Below, piece after piece: positions 15,902 through 26,783 of a stretch of 64,000 nucleotides of DNA; positions within the stretch are counted from its first letter, which is position 1, and each line of letters starts with the position of its first letter. Where the stretch lies: assembly GCA_029210625.1 (NCBI GenBank), contig JARGFU010000014.1:50956-114955 (forward strand), given 5' to 3'. The notes below the pieces were generated by a model. That model had not been told where the DNA came from, ran no database searches, and saw nothing but the letters and a program-made list of their open reading frames with translations. Source of the stretch: Deltaproteobacteria bacterium. Its GTDB lineage: Bacteria; Myxococcota; Myxococcia; SLRQ01. Both the position numbers and the translations under genes were made by a program.

Positions 15902-18082
15902 TCAGGTCCGGAAGCGCTGGACCTCGGTGCGGAGCACCTCGGACTGCTCGGAGAGGGTGTCGATGGTCAGCTCCAGGTCCTTCACCGCCGTCCCCTGCCG
16001 ATCGGTGGCCTCCTTGATGTTGTCCACCGCCAGCATGACCTGCTCGGCCCCCTTGGTCTGCTCCTTCTGGGCCGCGTTGAGGCGCTGCACCATGTCGGAG
16101 ATCGACTCGATGGCCTGGGTGATCTGCTTGCTGCCCCGCGCCTGCTCCTGAGAGCTGCGCTCGACGTGCTTGGTGATGATCTTCATCCGCTCGGCCGAGC
16201 GCATGATCTGCTCGGAGCCCCGCGCCTGCTCGGCGGTCGCCCGGGCGATCTCCTGGACGGTCTCGGCGATGCGGCTGATGGCGCCGGTGACCTGCTTGCT
16301 GCCCCGGCTCTGCTCGACGGTGGCCCGGGCGATGGCCTTCACCATCTGGGTGGACTTGCTCGCCGAGTCGAGGATCTGGCGCAGGGCGAGATCGGCCTCG
16401 CCGGCGAGGCGGACGCCCTCGTCGACCCGCTTCACGCCGCGCTCCATGGCGGAGATGGCGTTGTGGGACTCGTCCTGGACCGAGGAGATCAGGTCGGCGA
16501 TCTCCTTGGTGGAGGAGCCGGTCCGCTCGGCGAGGTCCTTGATCTCCTCGGCGACGACCGCGAAGCCCTTGCCGTGCTCGCCCGCCTGGGCCGCGATGAT
16601 CGCGGCGTTGAGGGCGAGGAGGTTGGTCTGGTCGGCGACCTCGTCGATCACCTCGAGGATGCTGCCGATCTTGGCGATCTTGTCGCCGAGGGCCTCGATG
16701 ACGTCGGCCGCCACCCGGGAGGACTCCCGGATGTTGTCGATGCCCTCGATGGTGGCCCCGAGGGCCTCGCCCGCGCCCCGGGCGTCGGAGCTGACCTGCT
16801 CCGAGAGCCGGGCGGTCTCGTTGGCGTTCATCTCGACCTGGGAGATGGAGACGTCCATCTCGTTCATGGCCGAGGAGGTCTCCTCGGCGGTGGCCGAGAG
16901 GTCCTCGACGTTCCGGGCGACCTCCTTGATGGAGTAGGTCATCTGCTCGATGGCGGTGGTCGTCTCCTCCACGCTGGCCGCCAGGCTGCCGATGTTGGAG
17001 GTCACCTCGTCGTTGGTCGCCGCCATCTCCAGGATGCTCGAGGAGGACTCCTCGGCGCTCTGGGCGAGGGTCTCGACGTTCTCGCCGATGCCCTTGAGGC
17101 TCACCAGCATCTGGGACATCGAGGAGGAGGTCTGGTCCACGCTGGCCGCGGTGGAGGCCGAGCCCTGGGCGACCACCTGGCTGGTGCGGGAGACCCGCTC
17201 GGCCACGGTGCCCAGCGAGTCGGTCACGCCCTGCACCCGGCCGAGGACCCCGTGGAGGTTCTCGGCGATGCCGTTGAGGGCATCCGAGAGCTCCCCCAGC
17301 TCGTCGTCGGCCATCCGCTCCGTGCGGCCGGTGAGGTCGAACTCCGACATCCGGGTCGCCGCCCGCTTCATCACACCGATCGGCGCCATGATGAAGACGC
17401 GGGAGATCGCGAAGGCCGCCAGCAGATAGACGACGATGCCCGCGACCAGCAGTCCGAACATCAGCTTGCCGACCTTGGTGAGGCTGTCCTCCAGGCCGGA
17501 GCGAGACATCCCGAGCACCACGAAGCCGAGGCTCTCCTCGACCACGTCGCCGCCCGCCTTGGGCTCGGCGAGCTCGTCGATGAAGGAGTCGCCGAGGAGG
17601 AAGTCCTCCCCGGTGTTGTCGACGCCGTCGGCGGGGGCCGCGGCCAGCGAGTGGCTCTTCACCTCGACCCCGTAGTGCATGAAGTGATCGTCTTCGAAGT
17701 GCAGGCGCTGGAGGTTGCTGCGGCGGGCCACCAGGACGCTGGTGGCGTGGTCGCGCCACTCGTCCCGGAAGCGGGAGGCGAGCACCTTCTCGCCCTTCGG
17801 CCCGAGGAGGGCCACGTAGGCCACGTCGGGGTCCTCGAGGGTCTCGGTGACGATCGCGGCGGCCTCGTCCCGGTCCGCCTGCAGCAGCGCCAGCTCGGAG
17901 CGGTTCGCCAGCATCGCGAGGGTCGAGCGGGCGCGGCGGTCGAGCGAGTCGGTCAACGCGCTGGAGATCACCGTCCCGAGGGCCAGCCCCGTGGTGACGA
18001 AGAGGAGCACGAGGAGGCCGGAGAACCAGAGGATCAGGTTCGCCCGGAGCCCTCGACGACGGAATGAACTGGTGAGACTCAT
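15902..18082 (-). CDS. Methyl-accepting chemotaxis protein (two TM segments, HAMP, MCP signalling domain)
   Basis: [34 protein letters not shown] is the highly conserved hairpin-tip motif. A HAMP-like segment follows the second TM. Long heptad-rich repeats. Confidence 0.9.
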   Translation of the reverse strand: MSLTSSFRRRGLRANLILWFSGLLVLLFVTTGLALGTVISSALTDSLDRRARSTLAMLANRSELALLQADRDEAAAIVTETLEDPDVAYVALLGPKGEKVLASRFRDEWRDHATSVLVARRSNLQRLHFEDDHFMHYGVEVKSHSLAAAPADGVDNTGEDFLLGDSFIDELAEPKAGGDVVEESLGFVVLGMSRSGLEDSLTKVGKLMFGLLVAGIVVYLLAAFAISRVFIMAPIGVMKRAATRMSEFDLTGRTERMADDELGELSDALNGIAENLHGVLGRVQGVTDSLGTVAERVSRTSQVVAQGSASTAASVDQTSSSMSQMLVSLKGIGENVETLAQSAEESSSSILEMAATNDEVTSNIGSLAASVEETTTAIEQMTYSIKEVARNVEDLSATAEETSSAMNEMDVSISQVEMNANETARLSEQVSSDARGAGEALGATIEGIDNIRESSRVAADVIEALGDKIAKIGSILEVIDEVADQTNLLALNAAIIAAQAGEHGKGFAVVAEEIKDLAERTGSSTKEIADLISSVQDESHNAISAMERGVKRVDEGVRLAGEADLALRQILDSASKSTQMVKAIARATVEQSRGSKQVTGAISRIAETVQEIARATAEQARGSEQIMRSAERMKIITKHVERSSQEQARGSKQITQAIESISDMVQRLNAAQKEQTKGAEQVMLAVDNIKEATDRQGTAVKDLELTIDTLSEQSEVLRTEVQRFRT

Positions 18083-18107
18083 CGACTTCCTCCCGGCGAG
18101 AAGCGCG

Positions 18108-19055
18108 CTACTCGACGACGTTCATGCCCGGGACCGATGCGGGATCGATCTTCAGCCCGAGGCGCTCGGCGCTCCGCCGATTGACGAGGATGGTGCTGGG
18201 AGGATCCTGGACGGGGATGTCCGAGGGGTTCTCTCCCTTGAGGATGGACCGGACGAGGCGGCCGGTCGATTCACCCACGGCCCGATAGTCGGGCGCGACA
18301 CCCGCGAGGGCGCCGGCCTTGACGAAGGCCGCGGAGAAGACGAGGAGGGGCTTCCGCTCGCGAAGGCTCACGAGCAGCATGTGCTTGAAGGTCTGGGCGG
18401 TGACCACGGTGGCGTCCGGCACGAGCCAGACCGCGTCGACCTGGGAGATCAGCTCCTCGAAGGCGGCGGGGACCTCGGCCGTCCCGCCGACCTTCACCGC
18501 GTTGAGCTCGAGCTTCAGCTCCCGGGCGGCGCCTTCGGCGTCGGTGATGAGCTTCCGTGAGCGCTTCTCGTCGTAGATGACCCCGACCTTCTGGAGCTTG
18601 GGGATCACCTGCTGGTAGCGGCGGAACTGCTCGGAGGGGGGGATCTCGAGGCGCACCCCGGTCGTGTTCGAGTCGTTGAGGCCCCGCTTGGCGGGCGTGA
18701 GGACCATGGAGAAGACCAGGGGCTTCCCCGGGAACTGCTTGCGCAGCGCCGCGGCGGCCTTCGAGCCGATCCCGACGAGGCAGCCCGGATCCTGCTTCTC
18801 GATCTTCGCGATGACGTCGGCCGAGAGGTCACCGTTCTCGAGCAGATCGTAGACCGGCGGCTTGGGGCTGAGGCTCCCGAGGAGGCCCTCCAGGGCGACC
18901 TCGTACGCAGCGATGTCGGGGCTGCGCACCACCACCGCGCCATCTGCCCTCGCCCCGAGCGGGAGCGCCGCGGAGGCCAGCCCGAGGATCACCGCAGCGA
19001 GCGCCGTCCGCCGGGGAAGCGACACAGGAGGGTGGTGGGTGCGGTTTCTTCGCAT
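18108..19055 (-). CDS. Periplasmic ABC_sub_bind-family substrate-binding-like protein
   Basis: Signal peptide [55 protein letters not shown]...[13 protein letters not shown] is typical of the PF04392-type family that often partners with sensor proteins. Confidence 0.65.
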   Translation of the reverse strand: MRRNRTHHPPVSLPRRTALAAVILGLASAALPLGARADGAVVVRSPDIAAYEVALEGLLGSLSPKPPVYDLLENGDLSADVIAKIEKQDPGCLVGIGSKAAAALRKQFPGKPLVFSMVLTPAKRGLNDSNTTGVRLEIPPSEQFRRYQQVIPKLQKVGVIYDEKRSRKLITDAEGAARELKLELNAVKVGGTAEVPAAFEELISQVDAVWLVPDATVVTAQTFKHMLLVSLRERKPLLVFSAAFVKAGALAGVAPDYRAVGESTGRLVRSILKGENPSDIPVQDPPSTILVNRRSAERLGLKIDPASVPGMNVVE

Positions 19056-19271
19056 GCGCCTGTTGGGCTCGGCTCATCCGCACCGGTCGGGTGATTTCAG
19101 GGCCATGCTCCCGGAAACCGACCGCTCCCTGCACTCGTGAGCCGAGAGGATGATAGAGGAGCCCCCGTAGGGGGTCAATAAACTGCCGTGATAACAGCAT
19201 CTTGCGGGATGCCATCTTGGACGGCGGGCTCTCCTACATCTTCAACCGGGATCGCTCGTCCCCGGAGGGGA

Positions 19272-22109
19272 TCAGAGATCGGAGCCGCCGGCCATGGCTT
19301 CCTGGAAGCCGCCGTCCTCGGTCGTCAGCTCACCCTGCACCTCGGTGGGCTCGGAGCCCCGCAGGTAGGCCATCTCGATCTTCGGGCGCACGCCGGAGGG
19401 ATCGGCGAGCTTGCCGGTCTCGAGGTCGACGTCGCGCAGCACGATGTCCCCGACCAGGCTGGCCGGCACCGGGACGAAGTCCGGCTCCTCGCGCCCGGCG
19501 AGGGCGCGCTTCATGTACGAGAGCCAGATCGGCAGCGCGGCGCGGCCGCCGTTCTCGTAGCGCCCCATCGGGTGATCGTAGCGGTCGTAGCCGATCCAGA
19601 CCCCGGTCACGAGGTTGTGGGTGAAGCCCATGAACCAGGCGTCGAAGGAGTCGTTGGTGGTGCCGGTCTTGCCCGCTGCGGGCTGCCCGAGCGCGCGGGC
19701 GGCCACCGCCGTGCCGTGCTTGACCACCTGGTTCATCAGGTAGGTGGTCAGGTAGGCGATCGGGGGCGGGATCACCTGCTCCGGCTGCTCGTAGAGGCGC
19801 GCGTGGCCGGCCGCGATCCGATCGGTGAGGCTGGCGTAGGGATCGAAGTAGACGGTGCGATCCTCGAGGAGGTTGCCGTCGCGGTCCACCACCCGCCGCA
19901 CGAAGGTCGGCGTCATCCGCTTACCGTAGCGGTTGAAGAGCGCGTAGACGTTGGTGAGCTCCCAGAGGGTGACACAGGAGCTCCCCAGGGCGATGGAGAG
20001 GTCCTCGTTGATCTTGGTGGAGATCCCCAGCTGATGGGCCCAGGCGATGGCGTTCTTCACGCCCACCGCGTCGAGGGTCTTGATGGCCGGCACGTTCATC
20101 GAGTGGACCAGCGCGTTGCGCAGGGTGACCTCACCCTTGAAGTCCATGCCGTAGTTCTGGGGCTTCCAGCGCAGCTGGTTGTCGGGATCGTCCTCGACGA
20201 TGGGGGCGTCGATGATGATCGTCGAGGGGGTCCACTCCAGCTGGTGGAGGGCGGCGCTGTAGACGATGGGCTTGAAGGCGCTGCCCGGCTGGCGGCAGGC
20301 CTGGAAGGCCCGGTTGTACTCCGAGAGCTCGAAGTCGAGGCCGCCGATCATGGCCACGACGTAGGAGGAGTCCGGATCCATCGAGATCAGCGCGCCCTGG
20401 AGCTCGGGCTCCTGCTCGAGGGTGAAGAGGAGATCGGCGTCCTTGGGGATCCGGGTGCGGTAGGAGGCGTCCTCGTCCCAGGGGTAGCCGGTGCGCTTGA
20501 CCCGCTTGACCAGGATGGCGTCCCCGGGGTCGAGGGCCTTGCGGGCGTCGGAGATCAGAGCGCTGGGGTAGTAGAGCTCGGCGCTCGCCTTGTGGGCCCA
20601 GCGCATCCCCGCCAGGGGCAGGAGGCCCTCGTGGCGCCCGACCTTCACGGTCACCTCGTCGCTGGTGACCTTGGTGACCAGCCCCACGTAGTTCTCGCCG
20701 TACTCGAGGCTCTTACCCTGGAGGACCTTCTCGTCGTAGGTCTCGGCGAAGCGGCCCCAGTCCTTGCGCGGGATCTCGGCCAGGGGGCCGGTGTAGCCCT
20801 GCCGCTTGTCCACCTCGGAGAGCCCCTGGATCATCGAATCCTGGGCGTAGCGCTGCTTCTCGAGGTCGACCGAGGTGTAGACCTTCAGGCCGTCGCGCAG
20901 GAGGCGCTCGTTCGAGTAGCGGTCGACGATGTAGCGGCGGACGTGCTCGGTATAGAAGGGCGTGGTCTCCCGGAAGACGTCCTCGATGGGATAGGCGACG
21001 ACCTCCTCGGCGACGGCCTCGTCGCGCTCCGCCTCGGTGATCATGCCCTCGGCGGCCATCCGGGCCAGCACGTGGGCCCGCCGCTCCTTCGCCCGCTTGG
21101 GGTTCACGTAGGGCGAGTAGCGGGAGGGCGCCTGGGGCAGCCCGGCCAGGAGGGCCATCTCCCCGAGGGTGAGGTCCTCGACGTTCTTGCGGAAGTAGTT
21201 CTCGGAGGCCGACTGCACGCCGTAGCTGTGGTGCCCGAGGTAGACGTGGTTCAGGTAGATGCCGAGGATCTCTTCCTTCGTGAAGATCGACTCGAGACGC
21301 ATCGCCAGGATCATCTCGATGACCTTCCGGCGGATCGTCCGGGCGGAGGCGGCCTCGAAGCCCCACTCCGAGACCAGGATGGCCTTGGCGGTCTGCTGGG
21401 TGAGGGTCGAGCCGCCGCGCAGCTTGCCTCCGTGGAGGAGCTTCTCGATCACGGCCTTGGCCATGCCCATCGGATCGATGCCGATGTGCGCGAAGAAGCG
21501 GGAGTCCTCGACCGCCAGGAAGGCCTGCACCTGCCGCTTGGGGATCCGGCGGTAGGGCACCACGCGGCGCCGCTCCTGGTAGAACTCGCCGACCAGCTGA
21601 TCGTCCCCGGAGAAGACGTCGGTGACCATGGGCGGCCGGTAGTCCGCCAGGCCCGAGAAGGTCGGGATGGCCGGATCCTGGCCGTAGTACCAGAAGATCC
21701 CCAGCACGCCGCCGAGGCCGGCCAGCCCGAGGAGCACCACCGGCAGCAGCACGTAGAAGGCCAGCTTCTGCTTCCAGGTCTTCTTCTTGCGGGGCGTCTC
21801 GAGGATCAGCCCGTCACCGACCTGCTCCTCGTCCACCTCGGCGTCCGCCTCGGCCTCGGCCAGGGCCTCGTCCTCCTCGACCAGCTCTGGCACCGGCAAG
21901 GGGGCGGCCGCCGGCTCCGGCGCGGCCGCCGCCGGCTTGGGCTCCGGCTTCGAGGCCTCCGCCGGCGCCGCCATCCAATCCGGCGGGGGCGGCGGCGCCT
22001 TGCTCACCGGGGGTGTTCCTGGCGCCACGGAGGGCTCCGGCCCGGTCGAGCCGGATCCGGCCTCGTCCGGCGACCCCGCCTTGCTCGGTCTGTCTTCGCC
22101 GTTTGCCAT
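19272..22109 (-). CDS. mrcA: Class A penicillin-binding protein (PBP1A-type transglycosylase/transpeptidase)
   Basis: GT51 motifs EDSRFFAHIGID and RGGSTLTQQTAK. Transpeptidase motifs SAFKP, SMN and KTGTTND. Pro/Ala-rich N-terminal extension. Confidence 0.9.
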   Translation of the reverse strand: MANGEDRPSKAGSPDEAGSGSTGPEPSVAPGTPPVSKAPPPPPDWMAAPAEASKPEPKPAAAAPEPAAAPLPVPELVEEDEALAEAEADAEVDEEQVGDGLILETPRKKKTWKQKLAFYVLLPVVLLGLAGLGGVLGIFWYYGQDPAIPTFSGLADYRPPMVTDVFSGDDQLVGEFYQERRRVVPYRRIPKRQVQAFLAVEDSRFFAHIGIDPMGMAKAVIEKLLHGGKLRGGSTLTQQTAKAILVSEWGFEAASARTIRRKVIEMILAMRLESIFTKEEILGIYLNHVYLGHHSYGVQSASENYFRKNVEDLTLGEMALLAGLPQAPSRYSPYVNPKRAKERRAHVLARMAAEGMITEAERDEAVAEEVVAYPIEDVFRETTPFYTEHVRRYIVDRYSNERLLRDGLKVYTSVDLEKQRYAQDSMIQGLSEVDKRQGYTGPLAEIPRKDWGRFAETYDEKVLQGKSLEYGENYVGLVTKVTSDEVTVKVGRHEGLLPLAGMRWAHKASAELYYPSALISDARKALDPGDAILVKRVKRTGYPWDEDASYRTRIPKDADLLFTLEQEPELQGALISMDPDSSYVVAMIGGLDFELSEYNRAFQACRQPGSAFKPIVYSAALHQLEWTPSTIIIDAPIVEDDPDNQLRWKPQNYGMDFKGEVTLRNALVHSMNVPAIKTLDAVGVKNAIAWAHQLGISTKINEDLSIALGSSCVTLWELTNVYALFNRYGKRMTPTFVRRVVDRDGNLLEDRTVYFDPYASLTDRIAAGHARLYEQPEQVIPPPIAYLTTYLMNQVVKHGTAVAARALGQPAAGKTGTTNDSFDAWFMGFTHNLVTGVWIGYDRYDHPMGRYENGGRAALPIWLSYMKRALAGREEPDFVPVPASLVGDIVLRDVDLETGKLADPSGVRPKIEMAYLRGSEPTEVQGELTTEDGGFQEAMAGGSDL

Positions 22110-22269
22110 GCTTCGAGTGGTTGAAACCGCTTCCCGGGCCGTCTCTTCCCGTACGCCGACCGTGCGGGAGAGGCCCCCAAGAGAGAGTCATCTTGTAGGT
22201 CATCGACACCGGGGCGACAAGCCGCCCTTGACACCCCGGGTCGTGGAACCCAGGATCCTCGACGGTTCC

Positions 22270-22671
22270 ATGCTATCGCGCCAGGAAATGACCTCCACCG
22301 GGGGAAGGTTCGTCGGGCTCGCGGCTGCGCTGCTGGTCTCCCTGGCACCGCTGCAGACGGCCGAGCACCACTTGGAGGTCACCCACACCTGGTGTGACAC
22401 CCACGGTCACCTCATCGAGCTGGAGACCCGGCCCACCGGGGCCTCCCCGGCGCGCCCCCTCCCCTATTCGAGTCTCCGCGACCTCGCGGGCGAGCAGGAC
22501 GAGGTCGGCTGCACCTCCCTCTCCCACGAACGACGGTCCACCCTGGGGTTCGTCCGGGCCGCCGCCGAGCGGCCCCCCGTGGTCCGCTCCACCGGAGCGC
22601 CTCCCGCGCCGCTGCCGGCGCTGCTCCTCCTGGACCACGCCCCGAAGCGGGGCCCCCCCTCCCGGGTCTGA
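22270..22671 (+). CDS. Hypothetical small protein with a His/Cys motif
   Basis: MLSRQEMTSTGGRFVGLAAALLVSLAPLQTAEHHLEVTHTWCDTHGH... High GC3. Directly upstream of the metal-uptake genes. No family recognised. Confidence 0.35.
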   Translation: MLSRQEMTSTGGRFVGLAAALLVSLAPLQTAEHHLEVTHTWCDTHGHLIELETRPTGASPARPLPYSSLRDLAGEQDEVGCTSLSHERRSTLGFVRAAAERPPVVRSTGAPPAPLPALLLLDHAPKRGPPSRV

Positions 22672-22802
22672 AGCGAAGGCGGGCGCCAGCCCTCTGGCGC
22701 CCTCCCACCTTCTCTCGGCCTGATCGGCCCCTGCGCCTCTCCCGGGGCAGGGCCGGCAGGCCGCCCCGGGCCGAAGGCCCGGGATACGCCGGGAGTTCCA
22801 GG

Positions 22803-24143
22803 TTGCATCCCTCCACTTATCGTCGTTCCCTCCCCCTGCTGGCCGCCGCCAGCCTCCTCCTCACCCCTCCCCGGGCCAGCCTCGGCCAGGAGGCTCCGGA
22901 CGAGACCGGGGCCGAGGCCTCGGCGGCGGTCGAGCCCTCCGCCGAGGCAGCGCCCCCGGACGAGAGCGAGACCGCCGCCCTGCGAGAGCGGATCACCGCC
23001 CTCGAGGATCGCCTCGAGCTGATGGAGGCCCTCGCCGAGGACGCCCAGGCGCCCCCGCCGACGGCCCTGCCCACCTTCCTCAACGCCCTCAACCCGCGGA
23101 TCACGATCTTCGGCAACGCGGTGGCCCGGGCGGACACCCGGGAGGTCCACGCCGAGGGGCACGGCCACGGGGAGGAGCCCGCCGCCGGGGAGGAGCCCCT
23201 CCGCATCGACAACACCTTCTACCTGCGTGAGACCGAGATCGACTTCCGGGCCGCGGTCGATCCCTTCGTGGACGGGCTGATCACCCTCGCCATCGAGGGC
23301 CTGCCCGACGGCAGCTTCGAGCTGCACGTGGAGGAGGCCATCGTCACCCTGCGGCGCCTCCCCCTGCCGATCTTGAGTGATCCCCCCGGCGGGCTGGTGC
23401 TGCGCGCGGGCAAGATGCGGGCGGAGTTCGGCAAGCTCAACCTGATGCACACCCACGACCTGCCGCAGACCACCCGCCCCCTGGTGCACCGTACGCTGGT
23501 CGGGGAGGAGGGCGCCCTGGGCAGCGGCGTCTCGGGCAGCTTCTTCCTCCCCCTCGATCGCCTGGACGAGGCCTCGACCCTCCAGGCCACGATCCAGCTC
23601 CTGGGGCCGCAGCTCGCCGGCAGCGAGAACGGCACCCACCTCCTCGGCTCGCTGACCTGGTCCCGCGACCTGGGGGCCTCCCATCGCCTCGAGCTCGGCG
23701 GGATCGTGCACCACGGCTTCTCGCCTCGCTTCCCGGAGCTCGCCGACGACCTCACCTTCGGCGGCGAGCTGATCTACCTGTGGCGCCCGGCCGGCAAGTC
23801 CCTCCACCGCGGCCTGATCGTCGGCGGCCAGTACCTCCAGAGCGAGCGCCCCGACGAGGAGGTCGCCACCGCCCGCGGCTTCTACGGCTTCGTCCAGGGG
23901 CAGCTCTCCCGCGAGCTCTTCGCCGGGCTGCGCTACGACCAGAGCGAGGCCCACCACGAGGAGGGCTGGACCCGGGGCCTGATGCCCTACGTCTCCTGGT
24001 ACCCCTCCGAGTTCTTCCGGCTGCGCCTGGGCTACGAGCAGACCTTCTTCGGCCACGGTGAGCCCGAGCTCGGCACCCTCTGGTTCGAGCTCAACGTCGT
24101 CTTCGGCTCTCACCCTCCCCACCCCTACTGGGTGAACCGCTAG
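22803..24143 (+). CDS. Putative outer-membrane beta-barrel protein linked to metal uptake
   Basis: Signal-like N-terminus, coiled-coil TAALRERITALEDRLELMEALAE, His-rich HAEGHGHGEE, and an aromatic-rich C-terminal region ...LWFELNVVFG. TTG start. 9 nt upstream of the ZnuA-like gene. Confidence 0.45.
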   Translation: MHPSTYRRSLPLLAAASLLLTPPRASLGQEAPDETGAEASAAVEPSAEAAPPDESETAALRERITALEDRLELMEALAEDAQAPPPTALPTFLNALNPRITIFGNAVARADTREVHAEGHGHGEEPAAGEEPLRIDNTFYLRETEIDFRAAVDPFVDGLITLAIEGLPDGSFELHVEEAIVTLRRLPLPILSDPPGGLVLRAGKMRAEFGKLNLMHTHDLPQTTRPLVHRTLVGEEGALGSGVSGSFFLPLDRLDEASTLQATIQLLGPQLAGSENGTHLLGSLTWSRDLGASHRLELGGIVHHGFSPRFPELADDLTFGGELIYLWRPAGKSLHRGLIVGGQYLQSERPDEEVATARGFYGFVQGQLSRELFAGLRYDQSEAHHEEGWTRGLMPYVSWYPSEFFRLRLGYEQTFFGHGEPELGTLWFELNVVFGSHPPHPYWVNR

Positions 24144-24152
24144 GAGCCCGCC

Positions 24153-25214
24153 ATGCGAAGCACCCTCCCCTTCCTCCTCTCCCTCACCTTCGCCCTCCTC
24201 CCCGCCGTCGGCCACGCGGCGGACGAGGACGGGAAGCCCCAGATCCTCGCGACCCTCCCCACGGTGGGCGCCCTCCTTCGGGAGGTCGGCGGGGACGCCA
24301 TCGAGGTGAGCGTCCTCGCCCGCGGCGACGAGGATCCCCACTTCGTCCAGGCCACCCCGCGGCTGATGCGGCAGGCGCGCGACGCCGACGCCCTCTTCGA
24401 GGTGGGGATGCGCCTCGAGCTCTGGGTCGACAACGTCACCGGCGGCGCGGGCAACCCCAGGCTGCAGCGCGGCATGCCAGGCCGGGTGGTCCTCTCCGAT
24501 GGGGTGCCGCCCCTCGAGGTGCCGACCCGGATCGACGCCGCCCAGGGCGACATCCACCCCCAGGGCAACCCGCACATCTGGCTCGATCCGGTGCGGGCCA
24601 AGCTGATGGCGCGCAACGCGGCCGCCGGCCTGCAGAAGCTCTTCCCGGAGCAGGCCGCGCTCTTCGCGGCGAACCTCGCCGACTTCGAGGGGAGGCTCGA
24701 TCGCGCCTTCTACGGCGAGGCGCTGCTGAAGACCGTCGGCGCCCGCAAGCTCGACCGGGCGGTGCTCTCCGGGCGGCTGCACGACCTCCTCGATCGCGAG
24801 TTCAAGGGGAAGCCCCTGCGGGCCCTCGCGGGCGGCTGGCTGAAGCAGGCCGAGCCCCTGGCGGGCCGCGACCTCGTCGAGTTCCACAAGGTCTGGGCCT
24901 ACTTCGCCTCGGCCTTCGGCTTCACGCTGGTGGGCACCGTCGAGGCCTACCCGGGCATCCGGCCGGGGCCGGGCCACCTCGAGAAGGTGGTGGCCCTGAT
25001 GAAGGCGAAGTCGGTGCCGCTGATCCTGGTGGACAACTTCTACCTCGAGGATCTGCCCCGCCACGTGGCGGGCAAGGCGGGCGCGGGCTTCGTGATGCTC
25101 CCGGATCAGGTCGGCGGCGAGAAGGACCTGGAGACCTACTTCCAGCTCATCGACCGGATCCTCTCCCACATCCTCGGCGCCCTCGAGGCCGGGAAGGCGG
25201 CGAACACACCATGA
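24153..25214 (+). CDS. Metal ABC transporter substrate-binding protein (ZnuA/TroA family)
   Basis: DEDPHFVQATP, GDIHPQGNPHIWLDP, LFPEQAALFAANLADF. Confidence 0.8.
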   Translation: MRSTLPFLLSLTFALLPAVGHAADEDGKPQILATLPTVGALLREVGGDAIEVSVLARGDEDPHFVQATPRLMRQARDADALFEVGMRLELWVDNVTGGAGNPRLQRGMPGRVVLSDGVPPLEVPTRIDAAQGDIHPQGNPHIWLDPVRAKLMARNAAAGLQKLFPEQAALFAANLADFEGRLDRAFYGEALLKTVGARKLDRAVLSGRLHDLLDREFKGKPLRALAGGWLKQAEPLAGRDLVEFHKVWAYFASAFGFTLVGTVEAYPGIRPGPGHLEKVVALMKAKSVPLILVDNFYLEDLPRHVAGKAGAGFVMLPDQVGGEKDLETYFQLIDRILSHILGALEAGKAANTP

Positions 25215-26761
25215 GCGGGCTCTGGGGCCTGCTGGCGGTGATGCCCGCCGCGCTGGCGATGTGCTTCGTCCTGACCGGCGTGCACGGCTACCTCGGTCTG
25301 CACGTCCTGCGGCGGAAGGTGATCTTCGTCGATCTCGCCCTGGCTCAGATCGCCGCCCTGGGCGGCCTCACGGCGATGGCCCTGGGCTTCGATCCCGAGC
25401 ACGGCGACGGCGGCGAGGCCCACCTCCACCTCTTCGTGCTGCTGGGCTGGGACGTGCCGGCCCCCCCGGACGAGGTGATGGTCTACGCCCTCTCCCTCGC
25501 CTTCGCGCTGGGCGGGGCGGCGATCTTCGCCTTCACCCGGATGCGCGACGAGCGGGTCCCCCAGGAGGCCTTCATCGGCGTGACCTTCGCCACCGCCATC
25601 GCCGTGGCGCTGCTGATGCTCACCCGGGTGGGCGGCGGCGCCGAGCAGATCCGCAACATGCTGGCCCGGGACGCCCTCCTCTTCGCGACCTGGGGAGACG
25701 TGGCCAAGACCGGCCTGCTCTACGGCGCCATCGCGGCCTTCCACGGCGTCTACTGGCGCCGCTTCTTCGCCATCTCCGACGATCCGGAGAAGGCCCGCGC
25801 CGACGGCCTGAACCTGCGGCTCTGGGACTTCCTCTTCTACGCCTCCTTCGCCCTGGTCATCACCGAGTCCGTCCAGATCGCCGGGGTGCTCCTGGTCTTC
25901 TCCTACCTGGTCGTCCCCGGCGCGGTCGGCGTCCTCTTCGCCGAGCGGATCGGCTGGCAGGTGGTCCTGGCCTGGGCCTCGGGCCTGGGCATCAGCGCCC
26001 TGGGGCTCCTGCTCTGCGCCTGGGACAACCTCGAGCCCCCGGGCAGCTCGCCCGGCCCCTGGATCGTCGCCGGCCTCGCCGGCCTGCTCCTCCTGGTCGG
26101 CGTCGTCCGGGCCTACCGTGGCACCGCGAAGCGCGGCCGCTTCCTCGCCCGCGGCGCGGTGGTGCTGGTCCTGGTCCTCCTCGGCGCGGGCTTCCTGAAC
26201 CTGCTCTCGAAGGCCGAGGTGCATGACCACGCCCACGGGCAGGCCCACGCGCCGGGTGAGCAGGGCGAGCTGGAGGATCCGATCCTCGAGGCCCTCGCGG
26301 GTGGCCCGGCCGAGCAGCTGCGCGCCCTCGAGGCCATCGAGGCCGATCCGAAGGAAGGTCATGCCGCCGCCATCGCCCGGCTCCTGCAGACCGATCCTCC
26401 CCCGCAGGTCACCGAGCCGGCCCTGGAGCTCCTGGCCGCCATGGCCGATCCCGCCACCGCCGACGCCCTCGTCCACACCAGCGAACGCGAGCTGGATCCC
26501 GGCCTGAAGGTGACGACCGCCCGCGCCCTGGGGAAGCTGAAGGACCGGCGCGCGATCCCGATCCTGCTCTCGGCCCTCGAGGCCGGGCTGGCCCCCTTCG
26601 ACGCGATGGACGCCGGGGATCTCCTCGGAGAGCTGACCGGCAGGACCATCGACGCCGAGTGCTCCGAGTGTCTCGGAAAGCTGAGGGAGTGGTGGGAGAG
26701 TGAGGGGGAGACGGTCGAGTGGGATGAGGAGGCGGGTGCGTTCCGCGCTCCTTCACCCTGA
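25211..26761 (+). CDS. Metal ABC transporter permease (ABC-3/ZnuB family) fused to a His-rich loop and C-terminal HEAT-like repeats
   Basis: Multi-TM N-terminal part of about 330 aa, then AEVHDHAHGQAHAPGEQ, then ALGKLKDRRAIPILLSALEAG-type HEAT/PBS-lyase repeats. The start overlaps the upstream stop (ATGA). Confidence 0.7.
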   Translation: MSGLWGLLAVMPAALAMCFVLTGVHGYLGLHVLRRKVIFVDLALAQIAALGGLTAMALGFDPEHGDGGEAHLHLFVLLGWDVPAPPDEVMVYALSLAFALGGAAIFAFTRMRDERVPQEAFIGVTFATAIAVALLMLTRVGGGAEQIRNMLARDALLFATWGDVAKTGLLYGAIAAFHGVYWRRFFAISDDPEKARADGLNLRLWDFLFYASFALVITESVQIAGVLLVFSYLVVPGAVGVLFAERIGWQVVLAWASGLGISALGLLLCAWDNLEPPGSSPGPWIVAGLAGLLLLVGVVRAYRGTAKRGRFLARGAVVLVLVLLGAGFLNLLSKAEVHDHAHGQAHAPGEQGELEDPILEALAGGPAEQLRALEAIEADPKEGHAAAIARLLQTDPPPQVTEPALELLAAMADPATADALVHTSERELDPGLKVTTARALGKLKDRRAIPILLSALEAGLAPFDAMDAGDLLGELTGRTIDAECSECLGKLREWWESEGETVEWDEEAGAFRAPSP

Positions 26762-26783
26762 GGCCCCACCCCTGCAGGTAGCC

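Noticed and set aside
15276-17759. The 827-aa minus-strand ORF taken as one gene.
   Set aside because: The first ~660 aa are Arg/Gly/Pro-rich out-of-frame read-through of the MCP gene, which is clearly encoded in another frame (15902..18082). Only the last 167 codons, from ATG 15779, look like a real protein.
19161-19178. CCCCC-gta-GGGGG hairpin downstream of the PBP1A stop as a terminator.
   Set aside because: The stem is only 5 bp and is followed by a weakly T-rich tract. This is too weak to call.
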